A stretch of 64,000 bases of DNA. Source: Isurus oxyrinchus. Lineage: Eukaryota. The notes beneath the pieces are model-generated. The model was not told the origin of the DNA. It saw only the letters and a list, made by a program, of their open reading frames with translations, and did no database searches. Positions within the stretch are counted from its first letter, which is position 1. The number at the start of each line of letters is the position of its first letter. The stretch lies in contig JANJGN010000026.1 of NCBI GenBank assembly GCA_026770705.1, positions 27,342,001 through 27,406,000 of the forward strand. Direction: 5' to 3'. Shown here piece by piece: positions 63,905 through 64,000 of this stretch. Made by a program: the position numbers and the translations under genes.

Positions 63905-64000
63905 ATTAACCTGAATCACCCTGACGACCAGGCAGAATAACAGACATTTAGGTTGTGTCCAGAACTGACTGTGTGGAGATTTTCTCAGAGGGGCCTCAGT

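Overview
Cartilaginous-fish (shark-type) genomic DNA. Bases ~7.8-25.1 kb hold one complete, apparently intact IgM heavy-chain cluster on the + strand: octamer-less promoter, leader, VH with a 23-RSS, one 28-nt D flanked by 12-RSSs on both sides, JH with a 23-RSS, a 9.8-kb J-C intron, Cmu1-Cmu4 with the secretory tail, and TM1/TM2. The single D looks like a germline D1-D2 fusion (V-DD-J) rather than the usual V-D1-D2-J. The J-C intron contains two assembly gaps, CR1 LINEs, (CA)n tracts, a fragment resembling the first exon of stearoyl-CoA desaturase (SCD5-like), and a G-rich GGGCAGAG/GAGCT tract resembling a switch region ~1 kb upstream of Cmu1. Downstream lie decayed tRNA genes (one Ser-type body carries a CCA anticodon), local duplications, three young fold-back Penelope-like insertions with 13-14 bp target-site duplications, a Gypsy LTR/gag remnant, many CR1/RTE/SINE copies, and a C2H2 zinc-finger gene cluster (one intact 11-finger ORF plus at least three pseudogenes). 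Family and gene assignments come from motif recognition by eye, not database searches.
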